In this document: positions 39,770 to 53,212 of the stretch, one piece after another
Layout: each line of letters begins with the position of its first letter
Position numbering within the stretch: the first letter of the stretch is position 1
Assembly (NCBI RefSeq): GCF_006345805.1
Contig: NC_042997.1
Span: 145,204,001 to 145,268,000, forward strand
DNA length: 64,000 bases
Direction of reading: 5' to 3'
From: Octopus sinensis
Lineage: Eukaryota
The notes under the pieces: model-generated
The model's input: only the letters and a program-made list of their open reading frames with translations
Told to the model about the DNA's origin: nothing
Database searches by the model: none
Program-made: the position numbers and the translations under genes

Positions 39770-40300
39770 ATCAGAGATGCTTTGCCCCATGCAAGAAGCT
39801 GCAGGAGCTAATCAGAGATATTGCAAGCTCTTCAAAATCCATTACTATACTGGAAACCCTCCCATATCCTCAGCAAGTATCTCAGGGTTACAAGCATTTC
39901 AACCCTTAGCCTGTACATTTCACCAGAGCAGGGCAGTGACAACTGAGCTAGTCTTCACCTACAGAAGGGTTCCACTTGCAGTCTGTTATCAACCAAAGCC
40001 ATCTTGAGCAAGTTTCAGCTGTTATGCCAATTTTCTTGATGGCTTTCTTCAGTTGTCTGGGCTCCAGATCTATCTTTTGCAGGAAATAGCACACTGATCT
40101 AGATAAAAATCCATGGCAGCTGACTCCAAAGGAGAATGAAGTTGCATGCCAGCCCTTGATAAAAGCCTTCTCAACAAAGTACTGATATTTCGATTTCTTT
40201 ACCTGGTGAAAAATATCGACACTTTCCTCTCAGGGCACAGTGAATTCAACCACGATGATTGTATTCCTGGAGAGCAGGAACATGTCTGGCCGGGGTGATG
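39770..40300 (-). mobile_element. 5'-truncated HERO/NeSL-like non-LTR element: restriction-like endonuclease C-terminus plus 3' UTR
   Basis: Minus frame 40295-39948: RPDMFLLSRNTIIVVEFTVP*EESVDIFHQVKKSKY...GWHA..FGVSCHGF...KKAIKKIGITAETCSRWLWL, a PD..E..K-type RLE with one internal stop. Confidence 0.75.
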
Positions 40301-40596
40301 CAATATGAATTCTTAAAAGCCAGAATTCAAGTTCTTACAACCAATAGTACCATCATGGAGAAGCCAGTAATCTAGAGTATTGTAGAGATTATATAAATCC
40401 TTAATGGTCACCTCAGATATCATTGTCATCATCATTCGACATCCTTCAGCCTCAGTTCTCTTAACTACTATTTATGCGGCAGACTTTTGCTTATTTCAAT
40501 GTAAAGAGGAAGCAAGTGTAGTATGCTTCTTATAATGGTTTCTGCTTGAGGCAGATAATCAGCAGTCTTGAGGGGGTGGGTGGGATTAGTTAATAC

Positions 40597-40830
40597 CTGT
40601 TTCTTTATTACCCCCAAGGGGCTAAACATAGAGGGGACAAACAAGGACAGACAAACGAATTAAGTCGATTATATCGACCCCAGTGCGTAACTGGTACTTA
40701 ATTTATCGACCTCGAAAGGATGAAAGGCAAAGTCGACCTCGACGGAATTTGAACTCAGAACGTAACGACAGACAAAATACTACTAAGAATTTTGCCCGGC
40801 GTGCTAACGATTCTGCCAGATCACTGCCTT
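40597..40830 (-). mobile_element. SINE family A (young)
   Basis: Near-identical to 28216-28446. Confidence 0.85.
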
Positions 40831-41897
40831 AGTTAATACCATCATAACTCCAGTGATATAAAAGGCAAAGCTGACCCCAGTAAGAATCAAACTCATGCAT
40901 AAAGAATTAGAAAAAATGCCACAAGACATTTTGTCTGACACTCTGACGATGCTGCTAACTAACTGTCTTTATACTTGTTATAATAAGAAAGATTAATAGC
41001 AGTGGCTTGAATAAATTGGCATTTAAATATATGATGGGCTGCTGTGATTTTAACCCCAGGAACAGCCTTGTTTATCAGGCTGCCATCTTGTATAGCAGAG
41101 AATATGTTGTCCAATGTAACCTTCTTCTTTATGATGGTTAAGGTGTGATTGGGGAAGATTTGGCTGCTATTTCCAGCAGGTTGAGTGTCTACATTGAAGC
41201 TCCAACTCTGGCTTGTAATACATTGAATCAAAGCAAGGTTATTTAACTGTGATTGGTTAACATTGAGTTTAAAACTGTTGCATAGCAATTGTTTAATATC
41301 ATAACAGAAGAAAGATAGAGAAGAAGTGAGAGGGAAAGTGAGGGAGAAAGGAAGATAGATAGATAGGGAGAGAGAGAGAGAGAGAGAGAGAAACAGAAGG
41401 AGATGGAGAGAGGGGGGTGGGCAAGTCGAAGTGTTCATTAGTAGTGGTTGATCAATAGACTAGGAGTAGTAACTGAAGAAAAGAATAGAGGAAGACAGAG
41501 GAGGATGTAACAAGACAAAACAAATGTAAGTGGGAGGACATTGACCAAAGCAAGAAAGATAATCAACAAAAAAGGCTTGCAAAATTATTTCTTTTACTCT
41601 GCAAACTTTGTACACTTCTGTACAAAAGTTTTTTTTGTGTGCTACTTGTAACAAAAGTTGCAGCCGTAGATAAGTGTTTATAGTATAATAGATTCAGCCT
41701 TTGGCCTGTATGGAAATCACATGTTGCTTTTTGTGAAGTGTGTGTGTGTGTGTGTGTATGTGTGTGTGTGTGTGTGTGCAGATGTGGCTGTGTGGTTAAG
41801 ATCATTTTGCAACCATATGTTCAGGTTCAGTTCCACTGTGTGGTGCTTTGAGCAAGTATCTTCCTCTATAGCCCCAGGCTAACCAATTTCTAGTAAC

Positions 41898-42129
41898 CAA
41901 GGCTGTGGAGTCGAAACCAAAAAACTTCAAATCCGACTCCTCTTTATGTAATTAAGTGATTGTGGTCTACATATCTCATAAAGCATATGCATATACTTTG
42001 AGTAAGCCTATATGTTATAACTAATTTATATTATAGAATAAAGATATTGTGAGTCGGAGTCACTATAGTTGTACTGACTCTGACTCTAGCTATCCCTTAA
42101 TTGTTTCCGACTTCGACTCCACAGCCCTG
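41898..42129. mobile_element. hAT-type MITE with 8-bp TSD, inserted in a family C SINE
   Basis: ctagtaac|caaggctgtggagtcg ... cgactccacagccctg|ctagtgac: 16-bp TIRs and an 8-bp TSD with one mismatch. Confidence 0.88.
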
Positions 42130-43132
42130 CTAGTGACTGAATCTGGTTAGACAGAAACTGTGTGGAAGTGCATCGTGTGTGCGTGCGTGCGTGCGTGCGT
42201 GTGCACGTTTGTCCCTCCTACTCATGGACACCTGGTGTTGGTTTGTCTATATCCTTCTAACTCAGTAATTTTAGCAAAGAAATTACCGATACAATAACTA
42301 CCAGAAAAAAAAAAAAAAACAATAAATGCTGGTGTGAATTTGTTTGACAGGCCACAATCCAATGACTGAAACAAGTAAATGATAAAAGAAATAACAATAT
42401 GTTTCTATGATTTCTGTTCAGAATCAACAGATTAAACCAGTGAGTCTGGCAACGCAGGCAAACACCAAGTTATCATATTAGGATTACAGCCAGCAGACAA
42501 GAGAACTGTGCAGAAATATTTTTCATGTGTATGAGGTCTTTGTTTTCACATGAGACACATCAACTTAAATTTATTTACAATGCTGGTATTCATATTATAC
42601 ACTGAATAGTGACGTGATCAATCCACCCTAGAACAATCATTAGCTGGTGTGTTTTCAAAAGGGTGTGTGTGGGGTGCGTGTGTTAGTGAGTGCTGCAAAT
42701 TTTAAGCTCGGAGCAAGGTACAGTAGATAAGTCACATGCGGTTTCTTGCACATGACTTTTTAAGAAAAAAAACAAAATATGCAAAAAAAAAAAAACAACA
42801 AAAAAAAAAACTGATTTATCTACAAGTCAGCATCATTATCATTTAATGTCTGTCTTCCACGCTGGCTGGCATGAGTGGAACAGTTTGACACAAACTGACA
42901 ACCAAATAACTGCACCAGGCTTCATGTCTGCCTTGGCATGGTTTCTATGTCTGGATGCCCTTCTTAATGCCAACCACTTTACAGAGTGTACTTGGTGCTT
43001 TTTGTGTTGCACCAGCACTGGTGCTTTTTACATAGCACTGGCGGGGTTGCCAACTAATTTAATCCCCTCAGCTGGGAGACAGAGTCGTACTGGAGGAGGA
43101 GGCTTTGTGCTAGTTGAGAGGTTAAAGTATAA

Positions 43133-43516
43133 TCTCTCTCTGAAGTTGTCTGTGTATGGCAGGTTTGGTAGCCTTCAACTAACACTATCTCCTCCGAGAC
43201 CCTGCGGTGCAAGTTGACCAAAATTGAGAGTATGATAGAAGAAGGCCTGCTCTTCCTTCCGTAGAAGAAAAAATTCAAATCGAACTATGTTAACACCAAA
43301 AATTATTTACACCAAAAAGGTGCTTTTTTTCTATGAAAATCCCCATTTTTTTTACGATTTTTTGACAACTGTGTTACCATTTTTCGGTGTATTTCAACCA
43401 GAAAAATGTTCACTTAAAGAGAATAACAAGCTACATAATGCAAAATTTTTACTTTTCAAAAATTCCAATTCTAAAGGGTCGAAACAAACCTGAGCAACAC
43501 TGGGCGATACTGCTAG
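43133..43516 (+). mobile_element. Non-autonomous Helitron
   Basis: A|TC 5' end, subterminal hairpin remnant and CTAG|T 3' end; near-identical to 58319-58708. Confidence 0.82.
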
Positions 43517-45473
43517 TAGAGGGATAGAGACAGGTGTATTACTCTAGGGGGAGATACTTGGCTACCTAAGTAGGGAGAGGAAGAAGACATAAAGACAGAC
43601 AGCGTGAGAAAGAGGACATCTCTACAAGACATTCCCACAGTGGGAAGAATAGAAATGGAAAAGAGGGAGACAGGGTTTTTTTTTATAAGAGTGTGAAGGG
43701 AGATATTTAGAGATGGAGATAAGGAGACTGTAGCAAGTGATGTGAGAGAAACTGAAGTGGGTGGTGGTGGCCATGGTAGATATGAGAGTGCATTGAGAAT
43801 GTGTGGGTATACATGTGAGGGAGAGTGGAGGGACCTGTAACAGGCAGTGGTCATGGTTGTTGGAAGGTGGGTTGTGGGAGGACTTCTGACAGATTGTGTG
43901 TGCAGTATTTGCAGAGTAGATCATCACCAATTTCTTCAAATTATACAGTTTCACTTATATGTGTGCATGTATACAAATATGAATACTTACACATGCACAC
44001 ACAAACATATACATTACATATACATTCATACAGATGTAAGCATGGCTATATGGATACACTAAGTTACAGGGATGTAAACAAAACAACACCAGTTGTCAAG
44101 CAGTGGTGGGAGACTAACACAAATATAAGACACACACACACACACATATATATATATCATGTGGTCGCATGATCATTAGGCTATTGGATGTTGTTATACA
44201 TCCCTGGTCACAATGTGCTTTTGCATTATTTTTAGTGCTTTTGAATTCTTTTCTACTCTAAGCACAAGGCCCGAAATTTTGGAGGAGGGGAGCAGTCATT
44301 TAGATCAACCCCAGTACACAGTTGGTACTTAATTTATCAACTCCAAAAGGATGAAAGGCAAAGCCAACCTCGGCAGAATTTGAACTCAGAACGTAAAGAC
44401 AAACGGAATACTGTCCAGCATGCTAACGCTTCTGCCAGCTCAATGCCGTGTTAGTTTTTGAATGATGTCACTCAGTTGGCTAGATGAGTAAGCCAACATT
44501 CCCCCTAATCAGAAGGCTAGTCCATTGCAGGGTCACCCATTTACAGCTGAGTGGACTGGAGCAATGTAAAATGAAGTGTTTTGTTCAAGAGGGTAACACA
44601 TAGCTGGTCTGGGATATGAAACTACGATCTCATGATCGCTAGTGCAACAGACCTAACCAATAGGCCACATGCGTTCACACACACACACACACATGCTCAC
44701 TGGGCTTTCAGTTTCCATCTACCAAATTCACTCATAAAGTTTTGATTGGCAAGGATGTAGTAGACAACATTTAATGAAGGTGTTGAAGATATATAAGTGT
44801 GTGTGTGTGTGTGCGCATGTGTATATAGATATTTATGAAATGAAAGCAGGTTTGAAGAAAAAAATTATTAGGCTATTGCATACACTTTCTGGGTATTTAG
44901 TGGATCTACCAACTGAAAACTCTCTAAGGGATCCTCTATGTGATCATTCAAATTGCTAAAAATAGCAGCCAAGCTTCTATCAACACACTGCAAAATCTCA
45001 AAAGAATAAATAAAAAATGACAAGAGAATCATGGTTATTTGGATCATAGGTCTACTCAATCAGGGCTAACCAGTGGCTAAACAACAACAACAACAGCAGC
45101 AGCAGCAGTAGCAAAAGTCAACACAGTGAATCATCAGATGCTACAGAATGTAGAAATCTGCAGAAATAACCACTTATCCAATTATGTAATATGAAGATGG
45201 CAGACGGTGCTAAGTGCAGTACCCACTTCAACAGACTCCAACCTCTGCAACAGATATCTGATGGAGCCTCAAATACTACAAAGCTCGCCCATCAACCCAC
45301 TTTCAAGAGCAATTCAAACAGCACCAAATACCCCCACTATATTCTGCAGAGGAACAGCGAGTCCTGAAGAGAGGTAACAGAAGATCAAAAGCATATTGGC
45401 GCTAGGTTTCAATTGACTAGATTCTGTTGTTTTTTGCTCTGCTTAAGTGTTTTATCATGTTTAAAAAAGTTGC

Positions 45474-45610
45474 ACCACCGTTACCACTGCAGCAGCTGCC
45501 ACCACCACCATTGCCACCGTTACCACTGCTGCAGCTGCCACCACCACCACCACCACCACCACCACCACCATCACTATCAGCAGCACCACTACCATCACCA
45601 TCATCATTTC
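45474..45610. repeat. (CCA/CAC)n compound trinucleotide repeat
   Basis: caccaccacc runs that produce spurious poly-His and poly-Pro ORFs. Confidence 0.85.
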
Positions 45611-45693
45611 ATTTAATGCATCTTCAATGTAGGCATGAGGTGGATGGCATGATAGGATCTTAGGAGTCAAAAGACTACATTGTGCTCCAAAGT

Positions 45694-45950
45694 CTGTGAA
45701 GGTGCGTGGGTTAGTGGCTAGGGTGATCAGCTCATGATCGCAAGATCGTGTGTTCAATTCATGGCAGTGTGTTGTGTCCTTGAGTGAAACACTTTATTTC
45801 TTGTTACTCCATTTCACTCAACCGGCAAAAATGAGTTTTACCTGCAATTCAAAGGGCCAGCCTTATCACACTCTGTGTCATGCTGAATCTCCCCGAGAGC
45901 TACATTGGGGGTACATGTGTCTGTGGAGTATTCAGCCACTTGCACGTTAA
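45694..45950 (+). mobile_element. SINE family B
   Basis: Homologous to 8197-8520 and 26937-27198. Confidence 0.72.
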
Positions 45951-46878
45951 TTCCAGATGCAGCCTGTTTGGTAGGTCATATCAACTATAACTGACAGAGA
46001 ACCAATGTTTACTCTGATATAGTTTCTATGTATGCTTTGGTATGGTTTCTATGTTTGGAGACCCTTGATACCAACTAATTTGCAGGGTATACAGGGTGCT
46101 CTTTTCGTGTGTGGCAACAGCACTAACGCGGCCACTATATAACCCACAAAATTCTCCTAAGCTCTCTCTCACAAAACAGCAGTGAGGAAAGCAAACAATT
46201 ATAAGAAGTGTTCTCAATGTCACTTCTTGCTTAGCTTCAACATTTTAATTAACACCTTTCGGTTCTTAATTAGAAACAAAATATTCATATTTGTAACTTG
46301 TCATCATATTCAACCAATCTTCCATACTGTGCCCATACATGAAATTAGCCAATGAAAGAACCTCTGTGTAGTCACTCACTATGCTACAAATAGCAGCCAA
46401 TCTCCTCCAAATCACACCCACCAGGTTAACAAAGAAAGAAGAAACAAAACTGAACAACACATAAGATACTTCTCAAAAGACAGGATGGTCACACTTAGAA
46501 TAGTTTTGATCATCACTCTTCTTAATTAGGGTGATGGTAATGGGGAAAAGACTAATAATGGTAAAGAGTGTTTTCACACTTGGTGTGCATGAAGTTATTA
46601 AAGAGCGATTAGTAACATAAGGAAGGACATTTACGGAGGAAATCTGTCAAATGTGTGTGTTTTGGAGTTGGATGCTAAGCAGGGGTTTCTGCTGGATTAA
46701 AATAATCCATTGAGCTACAATAGGTTAAGAACCATCAGATTATAACAAGTGTTTGGATAAACTAGCTGCTTGTAGTGGAAATGTTATAAAATGCTTAGTT
46801 GGTCGCAAATGATTTTTTAAACAGAAGTGAAGCTTCTTCCTTCATCTTTTTTATCCAACATTTCAATATTTGTAGAGT

Positions 46879-47097
46879 GAAGGTTGTAAGCTAGCAGAAT
46901 CGTTAACACTCCAGGCAAAATGCTTAGTGACATTTCATCTGTCTTTATTTTCTGAGTTCAAATTCCACTGAGGTCAACATTGCCTTTCATCCTTTCAGGG
47001 TTGATAAAATAAGAACTAGTTGAGCACTGGAGTCAATTTAATCGACTTAACCCCTGCCCTGAAACTGCCGGCTTTGTGCCAAAATTTGAAACCAATA
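46879..47097 (+). mobile_element. SINE family A
   Basis: agctagcagaatcgttaac...ttctgagttcaaattcc...gcctttcatcctttcagggg. Confidence 0.72.
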
Positions 47098-47241
47098 TTT
47101 GAAGAGTGAATGATATTGTAGGAAATGTAGATACTACTGCATCGTTTTTCTCAGTTCTGACTTCATTGCTGAATTTCCAAATACTCAGATTAAAAAAAAA
47201 AAAAAAGAAAGAAAGAAAGAAAGAAGTAATTTCAGTCTTAC

Positions 47242-47279
47242 CTTGAATTATATTCTTCCTGTTAGCTACAGTCTCCCCA
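47242..47279 (-). CDS. TIGAR: TIGAR-like histidine phosphatase, 38-nt coding exon: (H)GETVANRKNIIQ(G)
   Basis: Minus strand tttcag|T GGG GAG ACT GTA GCT AAC AGG AAG AAT ATA ATT CAA G|gtaag. Matches the (RH)GETxxN...IQG motif of the PGM/TIGAR family. The first T completes a split His codon, and the phase joins the 34210 exon. Confidence 0.88.
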
Positions 47280-49604
47280 CTGAAATAATGAAAAAATAAA
47301 AAGGAGATATTTAGACACAAGTAAAATAAGCAGTGCAAAATATGTTCCATAAAATCAAATATCAACAATCAAATAACACAATGACGAATTAAAATCTAGG
47401 GAAACAAGGTTACATTAATTAAATGAGTTAATGAAGAAATTCTTGTGCACATGTGTGTGTGTGTGTGTGTGTGTATACATACGTATGTGTATATGTACAT
47501 ATGTATATAAATCATCGCGACTATTTAACATCTGGTTTTGAAAAAGTTTTGACATTTAGCAGTTAATTTTTTTTCTTCTAATTATTAACTGCATAACTTT
47601 GCTAACAACCAAAATTAACTTGAACTGGATTACTAGACATGCTACAGCAAGTACATAATGAACATAGACTAAAACATACAGAGTGATGCAAGCCAATGAA
47701 GGAGCCTGTATACGGCTGCACATGCTAGAAACGACAGCCAAATATACCACCTTCATCTCCACCATGCCCTACTCTTTTAAGAAACGAGGATAACATTGAT
47801 TGGATAATGAAGTCCTAGAAAGGGATGGTCAATATCAGAATGGCTTTTGATCGCGAGTTTATCAATCAGGTTTGGTTGCTAAATGAAACAACAGCATTTA
47901 AGCTAGCTAATGATATCTCTACATAAATTACTTTACATCATCGAAAAAGATGTTAGGAATGGCAGTCAACTTCCTCACAGACTAATCCCTACTCCTTTAA
48001 AAAGAAAACTGCACTTAGGATAATGTTGTCCAAGGTGCACTATTTCTGAGAAAAAGACAGGCTGACATGGCATTTGATGATTGGTTGATTTTTACCAGCC
48101 ACACCTGCAAACAGACAGACAGACAGTCATGCTTCCACACAGTTTCCATTTTCCAGATTCACTCACAAGGCATTTGTCAGCGATGGGATATAGTTCATGA
48201 AACTTGCCTAATGTGCCATGCAGGGACTGAATCTGAAGCCGCATGGCTACAAAGGGAACATATTAACCATACAACCATGCCTGTGCCAAATATTCTCTCT
48301 CACTTTTTTTACAAGGTTGGCATTTGACCATGGCCATGCTGGAGTACTGCTTTAAAGGGTTTTTTTAGTTGAAGAAATTTATCCCAGGACTAATTCTTGG
48401 TAAGACTGGTACTAATTCTATCAGTCTATTAGGCCGAACTGCTAAGTTATGTGAACATAAACACACCACCAAACGTTGTCAAATGGTGGTGGGAGGACAA
48501 GCACAGACACAATGACACACACACATACGATGGACTTCTTTCAGTTTCTATCTACCAAATCCACTCACAAGGTGCTATGCAGTGGGACTGATCCCAGAAC
48601 CACGTGGTTGGGAAGCAAGCATCTCACCACACAGCCACACCCAATAATCAAGACTGCATAACTATCACTTGACTAATAAGAGTAATGTGGTCTAAATCTG
48701 TTGCTCTGGTCTGTCTCAGATTGATGTTTATAATGTCTCAAATCATTAACTTTAAGAAAAAATAATTAGCAGTTAATTAACAATATAGTATTTGATGAAG
48801 AGTAATTATTATAAACAATAAAGCTGCACCATCAACAGAGTTTATATCATAACAGGAATTTATACTATAAACAGGCAAATGGCAGCGTATATGACCAGGT
48901 CATAGACTAATCAGTTAAATTTTCTATTTAGAATATAATTTATTAGTCTAAATAACTTCTAATTATACTCAATACAGAAAAAGGAAATCTACTTGTAAGT
49001 AATTAATTATTCATTTATTATCGTAATAATGATAATGATGATAATAATAGTAATGATTTATAACAGATGCAAGGCCACAAATTTTGGAAGAAGGAGTTAA
49101 TTATTTTGAGCCTGAACTCTGTGGCATTTTATTCTATCACTCTCAGAAGGATGAAAGACAAGGCGGACATCTGCTGGGTTTGAACTCAGAACAAATACTA
49201 CAAGGAAATTTGTCCGACTCGCTAACAATTCTGTCTATCCACTGCCACGATAAGGATGGTTTTTAACATAGGTACAAGGCTGGAAATTGGGTGGAGGGGG
49301 TGTTAATCAATATCATTGATCTCAGTACCTGACTGGTACTTAATTTTAATGACTCAGAAAGGACAAAAGACTAAGTTGACTTTGGTAGGATTTGAACTCA
49401 GTACTCAGAGGGCCACAGCAAATAATGCAAGTCTGACACAAACAATTCTGCCAAACTATCATCATCACCATCATTATGATGATGATGGTGATGTTAATGA
49501 TAATTGCTTCTAATATAGGCAAAAAGCCAGCAGTTTTGCGGGAAAGGGAATTATTGATATCATCACTACCACCGGTATGTAACCGGTACTATATTTTATC
49601 AATT

Positions 49605-49825
49605 AAGGCGGCGAGCTGGCAGAAACGTTAGCACGCTGACCGAAATGCTTAGTGATATTTCGTCTGCAGCTACGTTCTGAGTTCAAATTCTGCCGAGGTT
49701 GACTTTGCCTTTCATCGTTTCGGGGTCAATCAAATAAGTACCAGTTATGCACTGGGGTTGATACAATCGAATTAATCCGTTTGCCTGACCTTATTTGGCC
49801 TCTCTGTGTGTAGTAAAGAAATAAG
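49605..49825 (+). mobile_element. SINE family A nested in an older SINE
   Basis: aaggcggcgagctggcagaaacgttagc...taaagaaata; tactatattttatcaat occurs on both sides as a TSD-like direct repeat. Confidence 0.82.
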
Positions 49826-52159
49826 TACTATATTTTATCAATCCCAGAAGAATAAAAAGCAAACTTGACTCTGGTAGGATTTGAACTCAGAATGTTAAGA
49901 GCCAGACCAAATACTACACAGTATTTTTTCTCTTACGCACTAACCATTCTGCCAACTCAAGAAATTAAATTTTGTCTGTAAAAAAAAAATTAACAAAATA
50001 AAAACAATTCCTCCAAAGCAACAACAAAATTAAAGCCACTGTATAAAAGAAGGTCAATTACTTCATCTTGTTGATTGTTATTTACTCAAAAGGAACTACC
50101 CTCTCCCGATGACTTTTAAGATTTCAGTTAGATTAGCCAAATTGAGTGGAGCAGGTCAACTTGATCTTGCAGTATGGTAAAACAACAGCTGTATCACAAA
50201 CAGCGAAGAGCTAACAACATAAAGCCTGACAGTTGGCTGCCACTTGTGGATATAAAAATAAAATATCCCAATCTCAAGACTCTGCCTCCTGCTAAGTAAG
50301 CATTCCATAGTAGTTGCTTAATAAATGACGAAGACGATGGCAAAAAAGAACACAAAGAAAATAATATATATATATATATATAAAAAAAAAAACAATCAAC
50401 AGTATAGGTTTTTTTCTTCTCTCCTCTCAAATAGATATGTATGACATATGCTCTCTAATTCTCTCTTTCTCTCGCTATCTTTCACTCATTCCTTCTGTCT
50501 CTCATGTACATAAATCATTTCCTCCCTATCTTTCTCAGCTTCTCTGTCACTCGCTCTCTCACTCATGTATAGCCGTACATTGAGTCATAGAAATATACAC
50601 ACAGAACTATACAAGTTTCATAAAAGAAAAAACAAAAAAAAAACCCAGCAAATACTGAAAATGTTTTGTATTAGTACAGAAACATCACAATCATCATTAT
50701 CATAATCATTCTCATCATTTAACATCCATATTCCATGCTAGCATGGGTTAGACAATTCAACAGAAACAAATGAGCCAGAAGACTGTACCAAGCTCCGATA
50801 TTGAAATTAAAAAAATGATGCAGAGTTGACCCTGCAGGGTGGTTATGAAGCTTGTTTAGCAACTGTATAGTTTCAGGTTCAGTTCCACCACACAGTACCT
50901 TGGGCATGTGTCTTTTACCACAGCCCTGGGTAGTCCAATATCTTAAGACTAAATTTGGTAGAAGGAAATTGAGTAGAAACCTGTTATATAAATATGTTTA
51001 AAAAATAAAAAACAAAAGCCTGTAAGTGGTTGCTTGAAATGCTAGAAATAGACACACTAAACTATTAAGCTACCTAATATATAAAATGATATGACAGAAT
51101 TATGGATATACAATTCACTTTGAGAATATGAAGTTTTGTATTCTATCTCAATGTGTGGCATCTTGGGTATGTACCTGCTACTGTAGCCTCAGGTCAAATA
51201 ATGCCTTGTGGGTGGAATTAGTAGATGGAAATTGTAAAGAAGCACAAGAGCATGTTTGTGTGTGTATGTGTTTAGGCATACACACATATATATATATCAC
51301 CTCTTTGGTAAGACATGCTCTTCTCCTATCATAATTTAATACAACACCAGTCTATATCCCACTCAGTCGATGGGTTCTTATCTTGAAGGTACTTGGCAAC
51401 CTCATTGGTGCTGGTGCCACATAAAAAGCACCCAGTATACATTGTTAAGGGCATCCAGCTAGAGAAACCACACCAAAGCAGATATAGAACCTGGTGGAGG
51501 CCTGTGGCTTGTCTCTTCTTGTCAAGCCATCCAACCCCTGCCAGCATGGAAATAAACAAAAAAATAAATGTTTCCTTCTTGAGCCATGCCAGGCTCATAA
51601 AGACTGGTTTCCCAGTTTCAATGGCGTATATATTCCCCACCTGGATGAGACGCCAATCCGTCACAGAATTACTCATTTTTGCCAGCTGAGTGGACAGGAA
51701 CAATGTGAAATGAAGTGTTTTGCTCAAGAATACAATGCATCGCCTGGTTCAGGAATAGAAACCAAAATGCTGACATGGAAACAAGGATGTTAAAAGATGA
51801 TGATGATGATGAGGAGGAGGATGTGTGTGAGTATGTATATAAAGGGTAAAGACCTCCTTTGGTCATGAATGACCATTGGATTGCACCTAGAAAATTATCC
51901 TCCGAGGCACAAGTTTGGACAAGGTTGTTTATGGAAGAAGAGCAGTTGTTTATGCATATCAGCCTCTCCTCTCAATGCCACTGATGTTATCCAAGAGAAA
52001 AGCAAAAGCTGATACAGCTTGACACCTGTGATGTTACAAGTCATTTGTACAGCTGAGTGAACTGGATGGAGCACAACACATACTCTAGCCTGGGAATCAA
52101 ACTCACTACTTCATGACTGAGGGCCCAATGTTCTAACAACTGGGCCATACACCTTCACC

Positions 52160-52211
<52 letters not shown>

Positions 52212-53212
52212 ATATATATAAATCGTTCCATGCTATTTATACATGTACATTCAAGATGCATAGATATGTGTGTGTGATGCAGTTTCACATGAAATTATTT
52301 GAGCAAAAAAACCGTGACATAACAATGACATTCCCTGTTAACAAATTCCACTGGTTTACTACAATGAACTAAATGGCATCAATCAGAAATTTTTCTAGCA
52401 TAATAACAATACAGTTACTAACTACATTACGATAATTATTTAAATTGGAGTGTATTTTTTTTTTATATGGCTTAGCTTTAAATCACATGTGAAGGAATGT
52501 AGCCTAATGGTTAAAATATCGGATCCATGATCAACAGATCATGGGTTAAATTCCTCAACTAGGTGTAGTATTGTGTCCGTGACCAAAACATTTCATTTCT
52601 CAAAGCTCCAGTATACTCAGCTGGAAAAGAGTGCTAGCTCAGTGCTCTGGGGCAGACCTGGTGGGTGGTGGGCACATGCTACTCTCAATAAAAGAAGTGT
52701 ACTCTTCTAAATAATGTTATTATGCCCTTTTCTCCTGGAATTGTATTCCTTTCTGATCTTGTGACCTCGCTTCGAAAAATTCCTGGGACTATGCCTAGTG
52801 CTGGTGTAGTTCTCTCTCTCACTCTCTTTCCCTCTACCCATCACAGGAGACAGATAGAACAGGTGCCAGACTTTAAAAACCCACAAATACTAGGGTCCCA
52901 TTTTTCCCTATACACAGGAAGTCAAGACCATTGTCCAAGCAAAGATGGTGTAGGATTAATTGAGCGAGATTTGGTCATTTTTCTAGTAGGTTTGGTAACC
53001 ATGTAGAGGGAACTGTCTAAATAAGGCAAAGGCAACCTTTACCCTGAAATGGGCCATGTAATTCATGGTTCATCATCAAATGGGCTGCACTGCAAAAAAA
53101 TTTCAAGGTAATTTTTTATTGAACATGCCATTCAAAAAGCCGCATAGGCCACAACCTGCTCATGGCTGATCTCAATGTCTCTTTGTTGTGGGGTATGTTA
53201 TTTTACAAGTTA

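Noticed and set aside
45413-45757. Poly-His, poly-Pro and poly-Val ORFs
   Set aside because: Trinucleotide repeat open in several frames, intronic, with no flanking coding sequence.
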